From contig JAHPZE010000005.1 of the NCBI GenBank assembly GCA_019058365.1, positions 1 to 64,000 on the forward strand: a DNA stretch of 64,000 bases. Reading direction: 5' to 3'. This DNA comes from Promethearchaeota archaeon (GTDB lineage Archaea > Asgardarchaeota > Lokiarchaeia > Sigyniarchaeales > SOKP01). How positions within the stretch are numbered: position 1 is the stretch's first letter; every line of letters starts with the position of its first letter. The notes beneath the pieces were generated by a model. The model was not told the origin of the DNA. It was given only the letters and a program-made list of their open reading frames with translations, and searched no databases. Made by a program: the position numbers and the translations under genes. Of this stretch, positions 1 to 10,714 are shown piece after piece.

Positions 1-122
1 CAAAACCCACAAGCTATAAATATTTTTGTCGATGAAGGGAAATTAAAAATTATCTATTTGAATAAAACTTAAAAAAAAATTAATATAAAAAAGTTTATTT
101 GAAAAAATGCGTAATTTCTCAC

Positions 123-473
123 TCATTTTATTTTGTTGATTATAAAAAGGCTCACAGCCATAATACCGCCAATTATACTCCAGATTATTGCAGTCCACAT
201 CCAAATTAATATATTATCATGGAAATAAGGATAAAGAGTCCATAGAAGTACCAAGATAACTGCCCAAATAGTTCCAATTATTTTTACATTTTTCTTACTC
301 TCAGTCATGAAAAATATTGTCCCTATAACTCCCCCAATGATAGTCCAAATTATTGCTAACCACATCCAAAAGAAAATATTCCCAGGAAAGTATGGATAAG
401 AAATCCACAATATTATTAAAATAACCAGCTAAATTATTCCAAATATTTGCTTTATTTTTTCTAACTCTACCAT
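123..473 (-). pseudogene. Small membrane protein made of two internal repeats, with an in-frame TAG near the 5' end (or translated from TTG at 410)
   Basis: ATG at 473 reads MVELEKIKQIFGII*LVILIILWISYPYF. The second repeat reads KNVKIIGTIWAVILVLLWTLYPYF, so the TAG at 429-431 occupies the Trp position. Confidence 0.6.
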
Positions 474-682
474 TTTAGATTCACTAAATTAATAATAATA
501 TCTTATTAAACTTCATGCTATATATAATTAATATCATTACCTAAATCCATTTATAAAGTAAGTTTTTAAATTACTTAAATTGCTTTTAGAGAAACAAAAT
601 CATTCTTACTGAATCATAACTTTAAAAAATGTCAAATTTTCTTAATTTTCATTGACCTTTTGTCTGAGAAATTTCTTATTTC

Positions 683-1399
683 TCAACTTACAGGATATAA
701 ATCCAGTCTTCGACCATTTCTTTTAAGATCAATTAAATTTTCTTCAAAAAGTTTATCTATATGATATTTTATAGTATTACGTGAAAGATTTAAAATTCGA
801 GAGATCTTTGAAGAATTAATTCCTGGATTTTTTTGAATAATATCTAACACTTTTTCAGTAGTTTCTGATTTTGTAGGCAAACTTTTAAATTTTTCAATTG
901 ATTCAATAGAGGAAGTAATTGGAAAATATATTGTATATTGACCATATCTTTCTTTTTTTATAATATGATTCTTTAATAAAACATTTAAATGCCATTGTAA
1001 TTGTCCTTTTTGTAAATCACAGTTTCGCAATAACTCATTTTGATGTATCCCTGGGTTACTAAGAATTTGTTTTATTATATTCACACGGTTTTCATTTTCA
1101 AAAATATCTGTGAGGGTTAAATAAGACTTTCCTTTTTGAATAAATGACTTTCTTATAAAATATCCTCTATATTCTTTTACTGAAAGTATTTCAAAAACAG
1201 ATAACAATAAAACTAAAGCTATTAAAATTGAAACTAAAATTATACCAAGTGTATAATCTTCAATAGGGCCAAAAAATTCATCAAAAGATTTAATTAATTG
1301 ATATAAAACAACTGATAATAATACAAAAGAAGTAATTAGAAGAGAAAATTTTAGGAGGAAAAAATATGTTAATTTTTTAGATAGTTTATTCTCATTCAA
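683..1399 (-). CDS. Membrane-anchored transcriptional regulator with two winged-HTH domains
   Basis: Two N-terminal TM helices, then NPGIHQNELLR..LQWHL and NPGINSSKISR.LNLSRNTIKYHI wHTH motifs. Confidence 0.8.
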   Translation of the reverse strand: MNENKLSKKLTYFFLLKFSLLITSFVLLSVVLYQLIKSFDEFFGPIEDYTLGIILVSILIALVLLLSVFEILSVKEYRGYFIRKSFIQKGKSYLTLTDIFENENRVNIIKQILSNPGIHQNELLRNCDLQKGQLQWHLNVLLKNHIIKKERYGQYTIYFPITSSIESIEKFKSLPTKSETTEKVLDIIQKNPGINSSKISRILNLSRNTIKYHIDKLFEENLIDLKRNGRRLDLYPVS

Positions 1400-1420
1400 T
1401 CTTTTGGAACCTATTAAAAG

Positions 1421-2011
1421 TTATACATTTTGAATTTTATTTCTATTTAATTTTAAGAAAGGAATCATAAAAGAAACACTATTTACATAATCTATATATT
1501 CATCTCTATATTTAGCTTTTAAGGCATAATCTTCGATCTTTGCTAAAATGATATATGCTAGAACTTCACCAATCCAAATTAAAAATATAAAAGTAAACCC
1601 ATCGATGTTCAAATTGAAATTGATAATTGGGCTTGTTTGCAAGATAATTAAAGTCATGCCAAAGGTCATGATGATTAAAGCAATATATTGAGGGTGTCTC
1701 ACATATCTATATGGTCCAGTTTGAATTAACTGTTTTCTATGACTTATTTGATAATTTAGGCAGTAGATATAAAATGTAAATCCCAATAATATTATATAGA
1801 TTTCATAACTGCTAAATAAATAAGTAATATCAGATATTAGAATTCTTGGATTCTGAAAGAAGAAACCTAGATAAGCTAATAAAGGCACACTCATAATACC
1901 AAACCATATAGCAGTACAAGGAACGTATTGGAAGATTGGGATTAATATTGAAGAAATACTCGTTAAAATCGAACTTATTTTATTTTTTATCTTATCTCCA
2001 TTAAGATTCAT
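1421..2011 (-). CDS. Isoprenylcysteine carboxyl methyltransferase / PEMT-like membrane methyltransferase
   Basis: LIQTGPYRYVRHPQY motif, TM helices, and ED..L...Y..EY..Y C-terminal motif. Confidence 0.8.
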   Translation of the reverse strand: MNLNGDKIKNKISSILTSISSILIPIFQYVPCTAIWFGIMSVPLLAYLGFFFQNPRILISDITYLFSSYEIYIILLGFTFYIYCLNYQISHRKQLIQTGPYRYVRHPQYIALIIMTFGMTLIILQTSPIINFNLNIDGFTFIFLIWIGEVLAYIILAKIEDYALKAKYRDEYIDYVNSVSFMIPFLKLNRNKIQNV

Positions 2012-2154
2012 TCAAATTTACCTTTTAATTTTGAGTTTTATTTATAAAATAAGAAATAAATCTATTTTTAAACGTTTAAGGTGCACTTTTCGAACATTTT
2101 AAAAGTTTTAATACTGTTTCAATATTAATCAAGCATTTATTGAGAAATATTATC

Positions 2155-2940
2155 ATGCCAAAAGAAAAGGTTAAAGATATTGAGATATATTATGAATTAA
2201 CTGGAGAGGGAGAAAATTTACTTCTTATTCATGGGTTAGGATCAAGCACACGTGATTGGGAAGAACAAGTTTCGTTTTTTTCTCAAAAATATCAAGTTAT
2301 TACTATTGATCTTAGAGGCCATGGAAAAACAGATAAACCTAAAGGACCTTACAGCATGAAGATGTTTGCTGAAGATATTGCTGAATTACTTAAAAAATTA
2401 GGAATAAATTCAATTCATGTTTTAGGGATCTCTTTAGGGGGTGGTATTGCATTTCAATTTGCTGTAGATTATCCTGAATTAGTAAAAAGTCTAATTATTG
2501 TAAATGCAGGAATAGAAATGCCAGTAGATTCATTTAAAATGAAATTAGAAGCGTTTAAGCGTACATTCATAGTCAAGTTAGTTGGAATGAAAAAAATGGG
2601 CAAAGTTCTTGCCCCTAGATTGTTCATAAAACCTGAACAAGAAGAATTACGACAAAAATTAATAGAAAGATGGGGCGAAAATGATAAAAAAGCTTATCTA
2701 TCTGCAATGCGGGCATTACTCGGTTGGAGTGTTCGAGATCAACTTGATAAAGTTAAATTTCCAACACTAATTATCGGATCAGAAGAAGATTATGCTCCTT
2801 CATCAATTAAAGAAGAATATACTGCTTTAATCCCTAATGCTAAATTTATAGAGATTAAGGATGCCAGACATGCCGTTCCAATAGAGAAACCTAAAGAATT
2901 TAATGAAATTGTTATGAAATTTCTTGAAGAACAATCTTAA
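2155..2940 (+). CDS. Alpha/beta hydrolase (enol-lactonase/esterase-like)
   Basis: LIHGLG, DLRGHG, GISLGG nucleophile elbow, catalytic Asp (EDY) and His (ARHA). ATG at 2155 preferred over TTG at 2140. Confidence 0.9.
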   Translation: MPKEKVKDIEIYYELTGEGENLLLIHGLGSSTRDWEEQVSFFSQKYQVITIDLRGHGKTDKPKGPYSMKMFAEDIAELLKKLGINSIHVLGISLGGGIAFQFAVDYPELVKSLIIVNAGIEMPVDSFKMKLEAFKRTFIVKLVGMKKMGKVLAPRLFIKPEQEELRQKLIERWGENDKKAYLSAMRALLGWSVRDQLDKVKFPTLIIGSEEDYAPSSIKEEYTALIPNAKFIEIKDARHAVPIEKPKEFNEIVMKFLEEQS

Positions 2941-3026
2941 ATACTTTATTCAAAAGATTTAATTTTTGAAACCCACTTTTATTGATTAACTAGATTAATT
3001 TAAAGATTTTATGATAAGAGTAAATT

Positions 3027-4550
3027 ATGAAAGCTATTATAATTGGCTCAGGAATGGCAGGTTTAACAGCTGGGGCTTATTTAGCTCGTGAAAACTATGA
3101 AGTTATTGTTTATGAACAGTTTTCTGAGATTGGTGGTGTAACAGCGACTATTACTCAAGATGGATATTCTTGGGATATTGGTCCACTATTATTAGAAGGA
3201 CTTGCACCTCATGAGAAACTAGCCAAAATTTTGATGGAACTGGGAATATATAATAAAATTGAAGTGATTAAAGAAGATCGCGGTCAATCATTTCCAGATT
3301 TTCAAGTATGGAGACCAGAGAAATATGAAGGACCTTACTGGAGACGTGATTATTTTAAGAGCCTTTTTCCTGAGGAGAGTGAAGGTTTGGATAATTATTA
3401 TAAATTCTATGATCGGATGATGGCAATTGCTTATCTTGGAAATCAGTCACTATTTGTTAAAGGCCTAAAAGCTATAGGAATTAAGTTAAAACTTTTAATT
3501 AAATTTCTAAAAGTTAAGAAATTTAAAGATTGGAGTGCTTCTCAAATAACAGATTATTACTTTAAAGATCAAAAATTAAAAGCTGTATATCTAGGAATTT
3601 TAGCAGATATGGTTGTAAAACCAAGTGAATTCTTCGGATTAGGAGTTCCATTTTTTAATGTAGAAACTGCTTTTGATAAACGGATTCCAATAAAATTTCA
3701 AGGGGGAAAATTTCCAGTTTACCATTATATAAAAAATGGTTGTGGAGAACTAGTAAAAGCTTTAGCCGATTTAATTACTGAAAATGGTGGTAAAATTTTC
3801 ACCAATAGTAAAGTCCAAAAAATCATTATCAAAGACGCCAAGGTTGAGGGAATTCAACTTGAAAATGGAGAAATTATTGAAACTGATTTAGTTCTAGCAA
3901 GCGGAGGTATGTTTAATACATTCTATAACTTAGTAGGAAAAGAATATTTGTCTGAGGATTTTATTAAAAATATTGAAGGTATTACATTAATGGAATCTGT
4001 TTTTATGGTTCATCTTGGCATAGATTTTGATCCTTCACGTTTTCAAAGAGCAGCATTATGTTATTATTATCTAACTTATGATATTGAAGGAGCCATTAAA
4101 AAAATGAGAGATGGTCATTATCACGAAGGATCTGATGGGTTTTTAATATATATCCCAACAATGCATTCTCCTGAGATGGCACCCCCAGGAAAACATGCTA
4201 TTACGATTTACACGGTTGGGCCTCACAAGTTAAAAGAAGGAACATGGGAGGAAAAAAGAGAAGAATTTGCTGATAAATTGATTATGGAGGCAGAGAAGAT
4301 AATTCCTGGATTATATGAAGGATCTGAAACTAGGAAAATTATGACACCAGATGATTTTAAAAAGCGTATAAATGTATTACGTCATTCCTTTGGAGGCACA
4401 GCTCCAGTATTAGGACAATCTAATCCCCCACATAAAACACCAATAGAGGGGTTATGGTACATCGGAGCATATAGTGAGTCAGGAGGGGGAGTTACTGGGG
4501 CTGCGGTTGGAGCTAGAAATGTAGCTAAAATGATGTTAAAAAAAAAATAA
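3027..4550 (+). CDS. Phytoene desaturase (CrtI)-like FAD-dependent oxidoreductase
   Basis: IIIGSGMAGL Rossmann motif, E....GG, MTPDD, KTPIEGLWYIG..GGGVTGA. Confidence 0.85.
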   Translation: MKAIIIGSGMAGLTAGAYLARENYEVIVYEQFSEIGGVTATITQDGYSWDIGPLLLEGLAPHEKLAKILMELGIYNKIEVIKEDRGQSFPDFQVWRPEKYEGPYWRRDYFKSLFPEESEGLDNYYKFYDRMMAIAYLGNQSLFVKGLKAIGIKLKLLIKFLKVKKFKDWSASQITDYYFKDQKLKAVYLGILADMVVKPSEFFGLGVPFFNVETAFDKRIPIKFQGGKFPVYHYIKNGCGELVKALADLITENGGKIFTNSKVQKIIIKDAKVEGIQLENGEIIETDLVLASGGMFNTFYNLVGKEYLSEDFIKNIEGITLMESVFMVHLGIDFDPSRFQRAALCYYYLTYDIEGAIKKMRDGHYHEGSDGFLIYIPTMHSPEMAPPGKHAITIYTVGPHKLKEGTWEEKREEFADKLIMEAEKIIPGLYEGSETRKIMTPDDFKKRINVLRHSFGGTAPVLGQSNPPHKTPIEGLWYIGAYSESGGGVTGAAVGARNVAKMMLKKK

Positions 4551-4757
4551 AATTCAAAATTTAATATATTTCTATGATTTTTTTAATTCTTTTGCTAAAA
4601 GAATTGGAATAATTGAAAAAAGCATTATGATTGCTGCGATTGAATATATAAATGGTGATTTGAACAGCCGGAAAAAGGGCGTAAACCAGAAGAGATTGAA
4701 AAAGAAAAGTCATTACCATAAACTTTAATTACATTACAAATGTCATAAGATTAGAAT

Positions 4758-7160
4758 ATGAAGCCTGAAGAAATTTCAGCATTAGAGAAAGCTATTGATT
4801 TAGTTGAAGAATTTGTTGAAAAAAACATAATTCCAAAGAAAAAAATCAACCTAAATAGAATTAGAGAAAAATTTTATAATATTAAGAATATAACTGAGGA
4901 AGAAAAGCAATTAAAATTGTATAAAAGTATTTTAAATAAATTATCCTCAATTTTAAGCCATGAAATACCTATAAAAACATTCTTTATTATAGGGGGTCAT
5001 GGAGGTATTATTATTAACAATATTGGTTTCTGTGAATTTGATTCTCCTGAGCATGCTATAGAGGCACTCATAAAAAAAATGGAATTAGCGATTGAAACTA
5101 ACATGCCTTATAATCTGGAAATTGCAATCTCATGTTTAGAATGGTTAAACGAGAATTCGACTGATAAAATTTCTTACTTTTTAAAATTACTTCAACAAGG
5201 GAAATTTGAAATTATAAATCCTTCTTATTCACAGCCATATAATTTAATAATAGGGCCTGAGTCAAATATTAAGCAATTTGAATATGGTTTGAAAGAATTA
5301 AGAAAATTAGGTTTAGATGCCAATATATTCTACTGTTCAGAAACCTCAATTCATCCACAAATCCCTCAAATTTTAAAGGGATTTAATATAAAATATGGTT
5401 CTTTGAGAACTAGGTTATTAGGGGTTAACCCAACGTCTATATCTGCATATATAAATTGGATTGGGTTAGATAATACTTCAATTGATGCAATAGTTGATCA
5501 ATCGGGAGTATTTAATGGAGAATATTGGCATGGAACGTTCTTTAAAGAAATTCCAAATTTATTATTTCAGTCTATTGCTCGTTATTTTATGGAATATATC
5601 ATTTATTCTAATCTTGAAGATTTCAGGAATCCTCAACCATTTCAAGAGGAAATCTGGCGCATCTCTAAAATTTCAGAAATCTTTGGCAATTTTATACAGT
5701 GTTCTGAATTTTTTCAAATAATTGAAAAAAATGGTGAATTTAAATATAAAAGGGATGAGTTCTTACTTGGAAAATATATTTTTATAGAATCTGAATTATT
5801 TCTTCAAAATAAAAATTCAGAAATATTATTATTATCAGCAGAAGTTATTAATTGTATTTTAGGATTTTTTGAGTATAAAATTAATGATATTTTATTTGAA
5901 GATTTATGGAAAAAACTCTTACTTGCCCAAGCTCACGATTGTTATGCTGTACCTTTTATACGATCAGGGGATTATACTCAGACTCAATTAGGCAAAGAAG
6001 AATTGGAAAAGTTAGATATTACATTCCCTAATATAACTATTTCTGATCTAAGTCTTCAAATTCATAAAGAAATTCAAGAAAGATGTCAAAAATTCATTAA
6101 TGATTCGCTTTCTTATTTAGTAAAAGAATTAAGTCAAAATGAAAATGATTTCAAAAATATAACTAAAAAAATTTTTATATTTAACCCCACACCGTACACT
6201 AGATGTGATGTAATTTCAATTTATTCTAAACAGGATTCCGTTTTCCAGATTATTGAGGAAATCCCACAATTTGGATATAAATTTGTTTCGTATACAAGGG
6301 AAAATAATTTAGAAACTCATAAAGAATCAAGGTTTTTATTTAACATAGAGATCTTAGAAGATTTGAAGACGATTAAGATAGCTTATAAGAATAACAAGGT
6401 TTTCGAACTAAAATTTAATTCAAAACAAAACTACAAGCTGTATTTAAAAGAACGGTATCAAAATGATGTTGCTGAGAGGAACACGATAATCGGGAAATTA
6501 AAAAAACACAAGTTAAAAATTGAATTAATTCAATATAGAGAAATAAATAGACTTGAATTCTTCATTGATTCAGATTCAGTACAAGAAATTATACTTACAC
6601 CTTTAATTGAAATTAAGAAATCTATTATAAATTATCCTTTTGGGATTGAAGAGACGAGAAGATCGAATATACAAACATTAGATTTTATGTGGTTAAAGGG
6701 ATCTAAACAAGGTATAATTTATATTCAAAAAAATAGTCAGAAATTCAAAATTAATAGGGAAAATTTTGAAATTCGAAACCAATTAAAAAAAAATGGGAGA
6801 TATGAATTTGCCATATCAATAACAGAAGAAAATAATTCAATTTCTCCCTTATTTTATGTGAATTCATATTACTACAAATTTTTTGGAATTGAAATCGAGG
6901 AGAATCTTCATTTTGTTAAAAATTTTGATAAATTCTTATCTATAGATCCTCCTATTTCGGTAATAAATCTATGGAGACGTGATAATGGGTCTTTTATAAG
7001 GTTATTTAATCCAACTGATAAAGAATGTGCAATTAAAATAGATGGGATGTTAGTAAAAAATCAAATAAAAGAGATTGACTTTAATTATAATGTAATTTCT
7101 ACGTTGGATTCACATAATGTAAAAATAGGTCCATGGAAGATTAAAACGTTAAAATTTTGA
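4758..7160 (+). CDS. Glycoside hydrolase family 38-like (alpha-mannosidase-like) protein
   Basis: PYNLIIGPESNIKQF..G, PQIPQILKGF, WIGLDN, LLLAQAHD, IFNPTPYTR and C-terminal IRLFNP. Confidence 0.65.
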   Translation: MKPEEISALEKAIDLVEEFVEKNIIPKKKINLNRIREKFYNIKNITEEEKQLKLYKSILNKLSSILSHEIPIKTFFIIGGHGGIIINNIGFCEFDSPEHAIEALIKKMELAIETNMPYNLEIAISCLEWLNENSTDKISYFLKLLQQGKFEIINPSYSQPYNLIIGPESNIKQFEYGLKELRKLGLDANIFYCSETSIHPQIPQILKGFNIKYGSLRTRLLGVNPTSISAYINWIGLDNTSIDAIVDQSGVFNGEYWHGTFFKEIPNLLFQSIARYFMEYIIYSNLEDFRNPQPFQEEIWRISKISEIFGNFIQCSEFFQIIEKNGEFKYKRDEFLLGKYIFIESELFLQNKNSEILLLSAEVINCILGFFEYKINDILFEDLWKKLLLAQAHDCYAVPFIRSGDYTQTQLGKEELEKLDITFPNITISDLSLQIHKEIQERCQKFINDSLSYLVKELSQNENDFKNITKKIFIFNPTPYTRCDVISIYSKQDSVFQIIEEIPQFGYKFVSYTRENNLETHKESRFLFNIEILEDLKTIKIAYKNNKVFELKFNSKQNYKLYLKERYQNDVAERNTIIGKLKKHKLKIELIQYREINRLEFFIDSDSVQEIILTPLIEIKKSIINYPFGIEETRRSNIQTLDFMWLKGSKQGIIYIQKNSQKFKINRENFEIRNQLKKNGRYEFAISITEENNSISPLFYVNSYYYKFFGIEIEENLHFVKNFDKFLSIDPPISVINLWRRDNGSFIRLFNPTDKECAIKIDGMLVKNQIKEIDFNYNVISTLDSHNVKIGPWKIKTLKF

Positions 7161-7172
7161 ATATAAAAAAAA

Positions 7173-8894
7173 TCAATTTCTTGTATATTTCTCTAATAAC
7201 TCTTGCTTTTTATTCATTAAACTATCAAAATCGTATTTCTGTTCGAAAAAGAAATCAAAAGGATCCTTAATGTCATCCAAAAGTGGTTTTGAATATAAAT
7301 TTTCATACATATACTCTCCCTTTTCTGTTATTTGTACATTATCACCATCATTTTGAATTAACACACCAAGATCAATAAGATTATGAATTATAAAACCTAA
7401 TCCTTCTTCTTTAAATAAATATAAGCCAAAATGAGATAAATCAGTATATATTAAATTTCCTTTACTTAAGGAATCTTGAAATAATTGGTCTAATTGCCCA
7501 CTAGTGAATGTTTTTTGGTTATTATTATAAAAAATTGTAAGGATCCACTTAACAATGTATTCCTTAAAATTTTCTTCATAATTCATTTGAAAGCTTTCTA
7601 ATTCGATATCTTCCTCCTTATGAGTAATAAACTCCTTGAAAATTTCAATTACTTCTTTAAAAATAAAAAAACAAATAACTATTGCTATAATTGGGTCTAA
7701 GTAATAGAGAAATGGTGCATTAATAGTTCTCCCGAAATCCGAAAAAAGACTACCCATAATTATACCAATAGAAATTATTATGTTTACCCTCGAGTCTATA
7801 GCACTTGCTACCAATGATGAGTTCCTACTCTTTTTTCCAACAAAATTCTTCAATGCTCTCATATATGTATTCAGGAAAATTGATATCATAGCGATAATTA
7901 CAATAATTAGTGTATTTGAAATCTGGTTAGGACCAAGTATTAGGGATTCAATTGAATGATATAAGATTGAACTACCAGCAAAAGCCATTAAACTAATTAA
8001 AATTATATTAACAAGTTTTTCTTTTCTGTACTTAATACCGATTCCGATTAATACAACCGCAATGCAGTCAAGAAAATTCTCAAAACCTTCTGCTAACAAC
8101 GACTCAGAATTAAATAACCCAATAAATATTTTAAGAAGACTTAATATGAATAATCCAATAAAAGATCGTATAAGGACGCTACTACTGGTTAATATCTTAC
8201 TAAATTTACTGTTTTGATATTTAAGTGTATCATTCCAAATTTTTTCTTGCTTTAGACCATCTTGATTTAATTTAACTAAATTATCATTAATATCAGCTAA
8301 TCTAAGTCCACATAAATGATAAATGCTAGAAATAGAAGTTTCTTCATCAAAATATACGTTAGGTATAAAGATATTAAAAGTGCCTTTTATTCGATTTTTC
8401 AATTCAGAAAACGAAAGACTATTTTGGGGTGATCTTTTTAAATATTCCATTGCAACATACTCAACTCTATTAATTGGAAATAAACTTGATTTTCTTCTGT
8501 GGAATGCTACTGCAACAATTCTAATAAGGGGATTAATAGAGAGTAACATTAAAATAATTAATCCTAAGAAAAAAATAAAAGAGCTAATAGGATTAAATCC
8601 TAAGTATCCATCACCTCTATCCAATAAATCCGAAATAAAATAAAGTTGTACATAAAAAAAAACAAGCCAAAACATAATCCAAGGAGTTATTAAAGATCTC
8701 ACAACCTTTTTTATGTGAAATTGTTTAAAGAAGTCATTAATTGCTCGCCGAATATAATGTCCAGTGAAGAAAACACCAATATATGTTATCCAAAAACTAT
8801 AAAAAAACGATTTTAGAAAAATGATTTCAAGAATAGAGGAAGTTAAAGAGATTAAAACATAAATAATAAGAACTTTTTTAGGATTTAGAGTCAT
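7173..8894 (-). CDS. Cation diffusion facilitator (CDF)-domain membrane protein with extra N- and C-terminal domains
   Basis: KIFIGLFNSESLLAEGFENFLD, SSLVASAIDS and YLDPIIAIVI match CDF TM segments. Confidence 0.7.
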   Translation of the reverse strand: MTLNPKKVLIIYVLISLTSSILEIIFLKSFFYSFWITYIGVFFTGHYIRRAINDFFKQFHIKKVVRSLITPWIMFWLVFFYVQLYFISDLLDRGDGYLGFNPISSFIFFLGLIILMLLSINPLIRIVAVAFHRRKSSLFPINRVEYVAMEYLKRSPQNSLSFSELKNRIKGTFNIFIPNVYFDEETSISSIYHLCGLRLADINDNLVKLNQDGLKQEKIWNDTLKYQNSKFSKILTSSSVLIRSFIGLFILSLLKIFIGLFNSESLLAEGFENFLDCIAVVLIGIGIKYRKEKLVNIILISLMAFAGSSILYHSIESLILGPNQISNTLIIVIIAMISIFLNTYMRALKNFVGKKSRNSSLVASAIDSRVNIIISIGIIMGSLFSDFGRTINAPFLYYLDPIIAIVICFFIFKEVIEIFKEFITHKEEDIELESFQMNYEENFKEYIVKWILTIFYNNNQKTFTSGQLDQLFQDSLSKGNLIYTDLSHFGLYLFKEEGLGFIIHNLIDLGVLIQNDGDNVQITEKGEYMYENLYSKPLLDDIKDPFDFFFEQKYDFDSLMNKKQELLEKYTRN

Positions 8895-9059
8895 AGATTT
8901 CTTTTACCCATAAAATTGACACGTTTATATAAAAGAATAAAATTGGATTATAAGTAAAATTAATTCATTTTTACTTATAATAAATTATCTAGGCTAATCT
9001 TAAAAAGATTTTTTATTACTCAAATTAGCATTAAAATAGGATTTAAGGTTGTTTAAAAT

Positions 9060-9857
9060 TTAACTTTTTAAAAATTTTGGATTTAGTATTATATCTGTTA
9101 ATTTATTTAGAGCTAGATAACTTTTTGAATTTTCAGAGATATCAATTATAGATTTCCCCGTTACTTCAAATTTTGTAATATTATTATCTTCTGGAATTTC
9201 CCCCAAAAGAGGTAGCTCAAGATCTTTTAACTTTTTAAGAATAAAATCGATATTTCCTTTGACTCTATTCAAGATAATACCAAGTTTTTTGTATTTAGTA
9301 AATTTCTTAGCACTTTTACGAATAGCATTAGCAGTTTCAATACTTCTTATTGAAATATCTGAAACAATTAAAAGAATATCAACACTTTCTATTACCATTC
9401 TATTTATCTGTTCAAGCCCCGCTTCACAATCAATTAGGACTATATCAAAATCTTTAGAAATAGAACCAATAACCTTTCGTAAAAGAGTATTTGAAGGACA
9501 AAAACACCCAGGCCCTTCTGGTTGACCAATAGAAAATAAACTAAAATCTTTATTTTCAGCTATAGCATTATATACTTCAAAGTCAATATTTTCTGCTACT
9601 TTTTCGAAATCTTTTGTTTTTGTTAAAATCTCATCTATAACTTCTGTTCTTAACTTCTCAAGACTTTTTTCTGGGACTAAGTTTACCATATTACTTAAAT
9701 GAGGATGTGTAGGATCAGCATCAATTAAAAGCATTTTAAGATTATATCCTTTTGAAATACTCTTTGCTAAGAGAGTCGTTATAAGCGTCTTTCCAGAACC
9801 ACCCTTGCCAACAACTGAAATTATTAGTGGTTTTTCATTATGCTTTTTTTTTTTCAT
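9060..9857 (-). CDS. cooC: CooC/AcsF-type Ni-insertion ATPase
   Basis: GKGGSGKT, IDADP, GPGCFCP (CxC) and DCEAGLE motifs. Confidence 0.85.
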   Translation of the reverse strand: MKKKKHNEKPLIISVVGKGGSGKTLITTLLAKSISKGYNLKMLLIDADPTHPHLSNMVNLVPEKSLEKLRTEVIDEILTKTKDFEKVAENIDFEVYNAIAENKDFSLFSIGQPEGPGCFCPSNTLLRKVIGSISKDFDIVLIDCEAGLEQINRMVIESVDILLIVSDISIRSIETANAIRKSAKKFTKYKKLGIILNRVKGNIDFILKKLKDLELPLLGEIPEDNNITKFEVTGKSIIDISENSKSYLALNKLTDIILNPKFLKS

Positions 9858-9878
9858 AATAACTGCAATTCTAAAATA

Positions 9879-10661
9879 TTATTTCTCAATTTTTTCTCTT
9901 TCAACTAAAACTTGTTTAATCTCATAACATTCCTCTTGGTAAGGACAAATTTCACAACCCCAATCATATTCACAATCAATTCTTTTTTTCCAATTTTCTA
10001 TTTTCTTTAGCCATTTTTCATTTATATGTGCAGTAATATTAGAAGTAATTTTAATAAACTCATCTATTACATTTTGATAAGAATTAACAAAGAAAATCTC
10101 CATAGATTCAATTAAATCCTTAAATCTTTGCTGATATAAATAAAAAATCGCATTTCCCAAAAACTCAAATGTAAAATTCTTTATAATCGTCTCACTAATT
10201 CTACACCAAAATTTCCGAGGAATTGTTCTTATTAAAAAACCTTCTATTCCATTAGATATAACGTTAAATTGCCTCAAAGAATCCCAATCTTTTCCAATAA
10301 TATTTTTTCCTCCAATTAGAATTATCATTCCAAAATCGATAGATAAATCCGTTATATCCTTGATTTTTTGTCCAATTAGAGTAATTGTTCCGTCATTTAT
10401 ATGAGTAATAAAATCTGAATTAGAGAAGGGATATACTAAAGAAAATGACTTTTTATTAATACCTCCTAATTCAAGTTTTGTTTCTTCTTGAAGAACTATC
10501 TCTTTTTGCTTGTTTAATTCAACTTTAATATTTAACTTTTCAAATAACTTAAGTGGATCTGGATTTTCTTGATAAAAGTAAACACTTTTACCTTGTTGGG
10601 ATTCAGAGATAATATAATTCCTTAAATTATCAAGAATTTCTTCAAATAATTCTGTTTTCAT
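9879..10661 (-). CDS. CdhC/ACS-beta-like domain protein with C-terminal Cys cluster
   Basis: LQEET.LELGG and DGTITLIG resemble the start of ACS beta. Ends in C....C..C....C. Adjacent to cooC. Confidence 0.55.
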   Translation of the reverse strand: MKTELFEEILDNLRNYIISESQQGKSVYFYQENPDPLKLFEKLNIKVELNKQKEIVLQEETKLELGGINKKSFSLVYPFSNSDFITHINDGTITLIGQKIKDITDLSIDFGMIILIGGKNIIGKDWDSLRQFNVISNGIEGFLIRTIPRKFWCRISETIIKNFTFEFLGNAIFYLYQQRFKDLIESMEIFFVNSYQNVIDEFIKITSNITAHINEKWLKKIENWKKRIDCEYDWGCEICPYQEECYEIKQVLVEREKIEK

Positions 10662-10714
10662 AAAATTCCATTTATAATTCTATAAAGATAATAAAAAAGA
10701 GAAGATTTATAGTT

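Noticed and set aside
4590-4730. Coding-like intergenic fragments (also near 18000-18120, 19160-19215 and 54470-54530)
   Set aside because: Probably gene debris, but too short for me to assign to a family.
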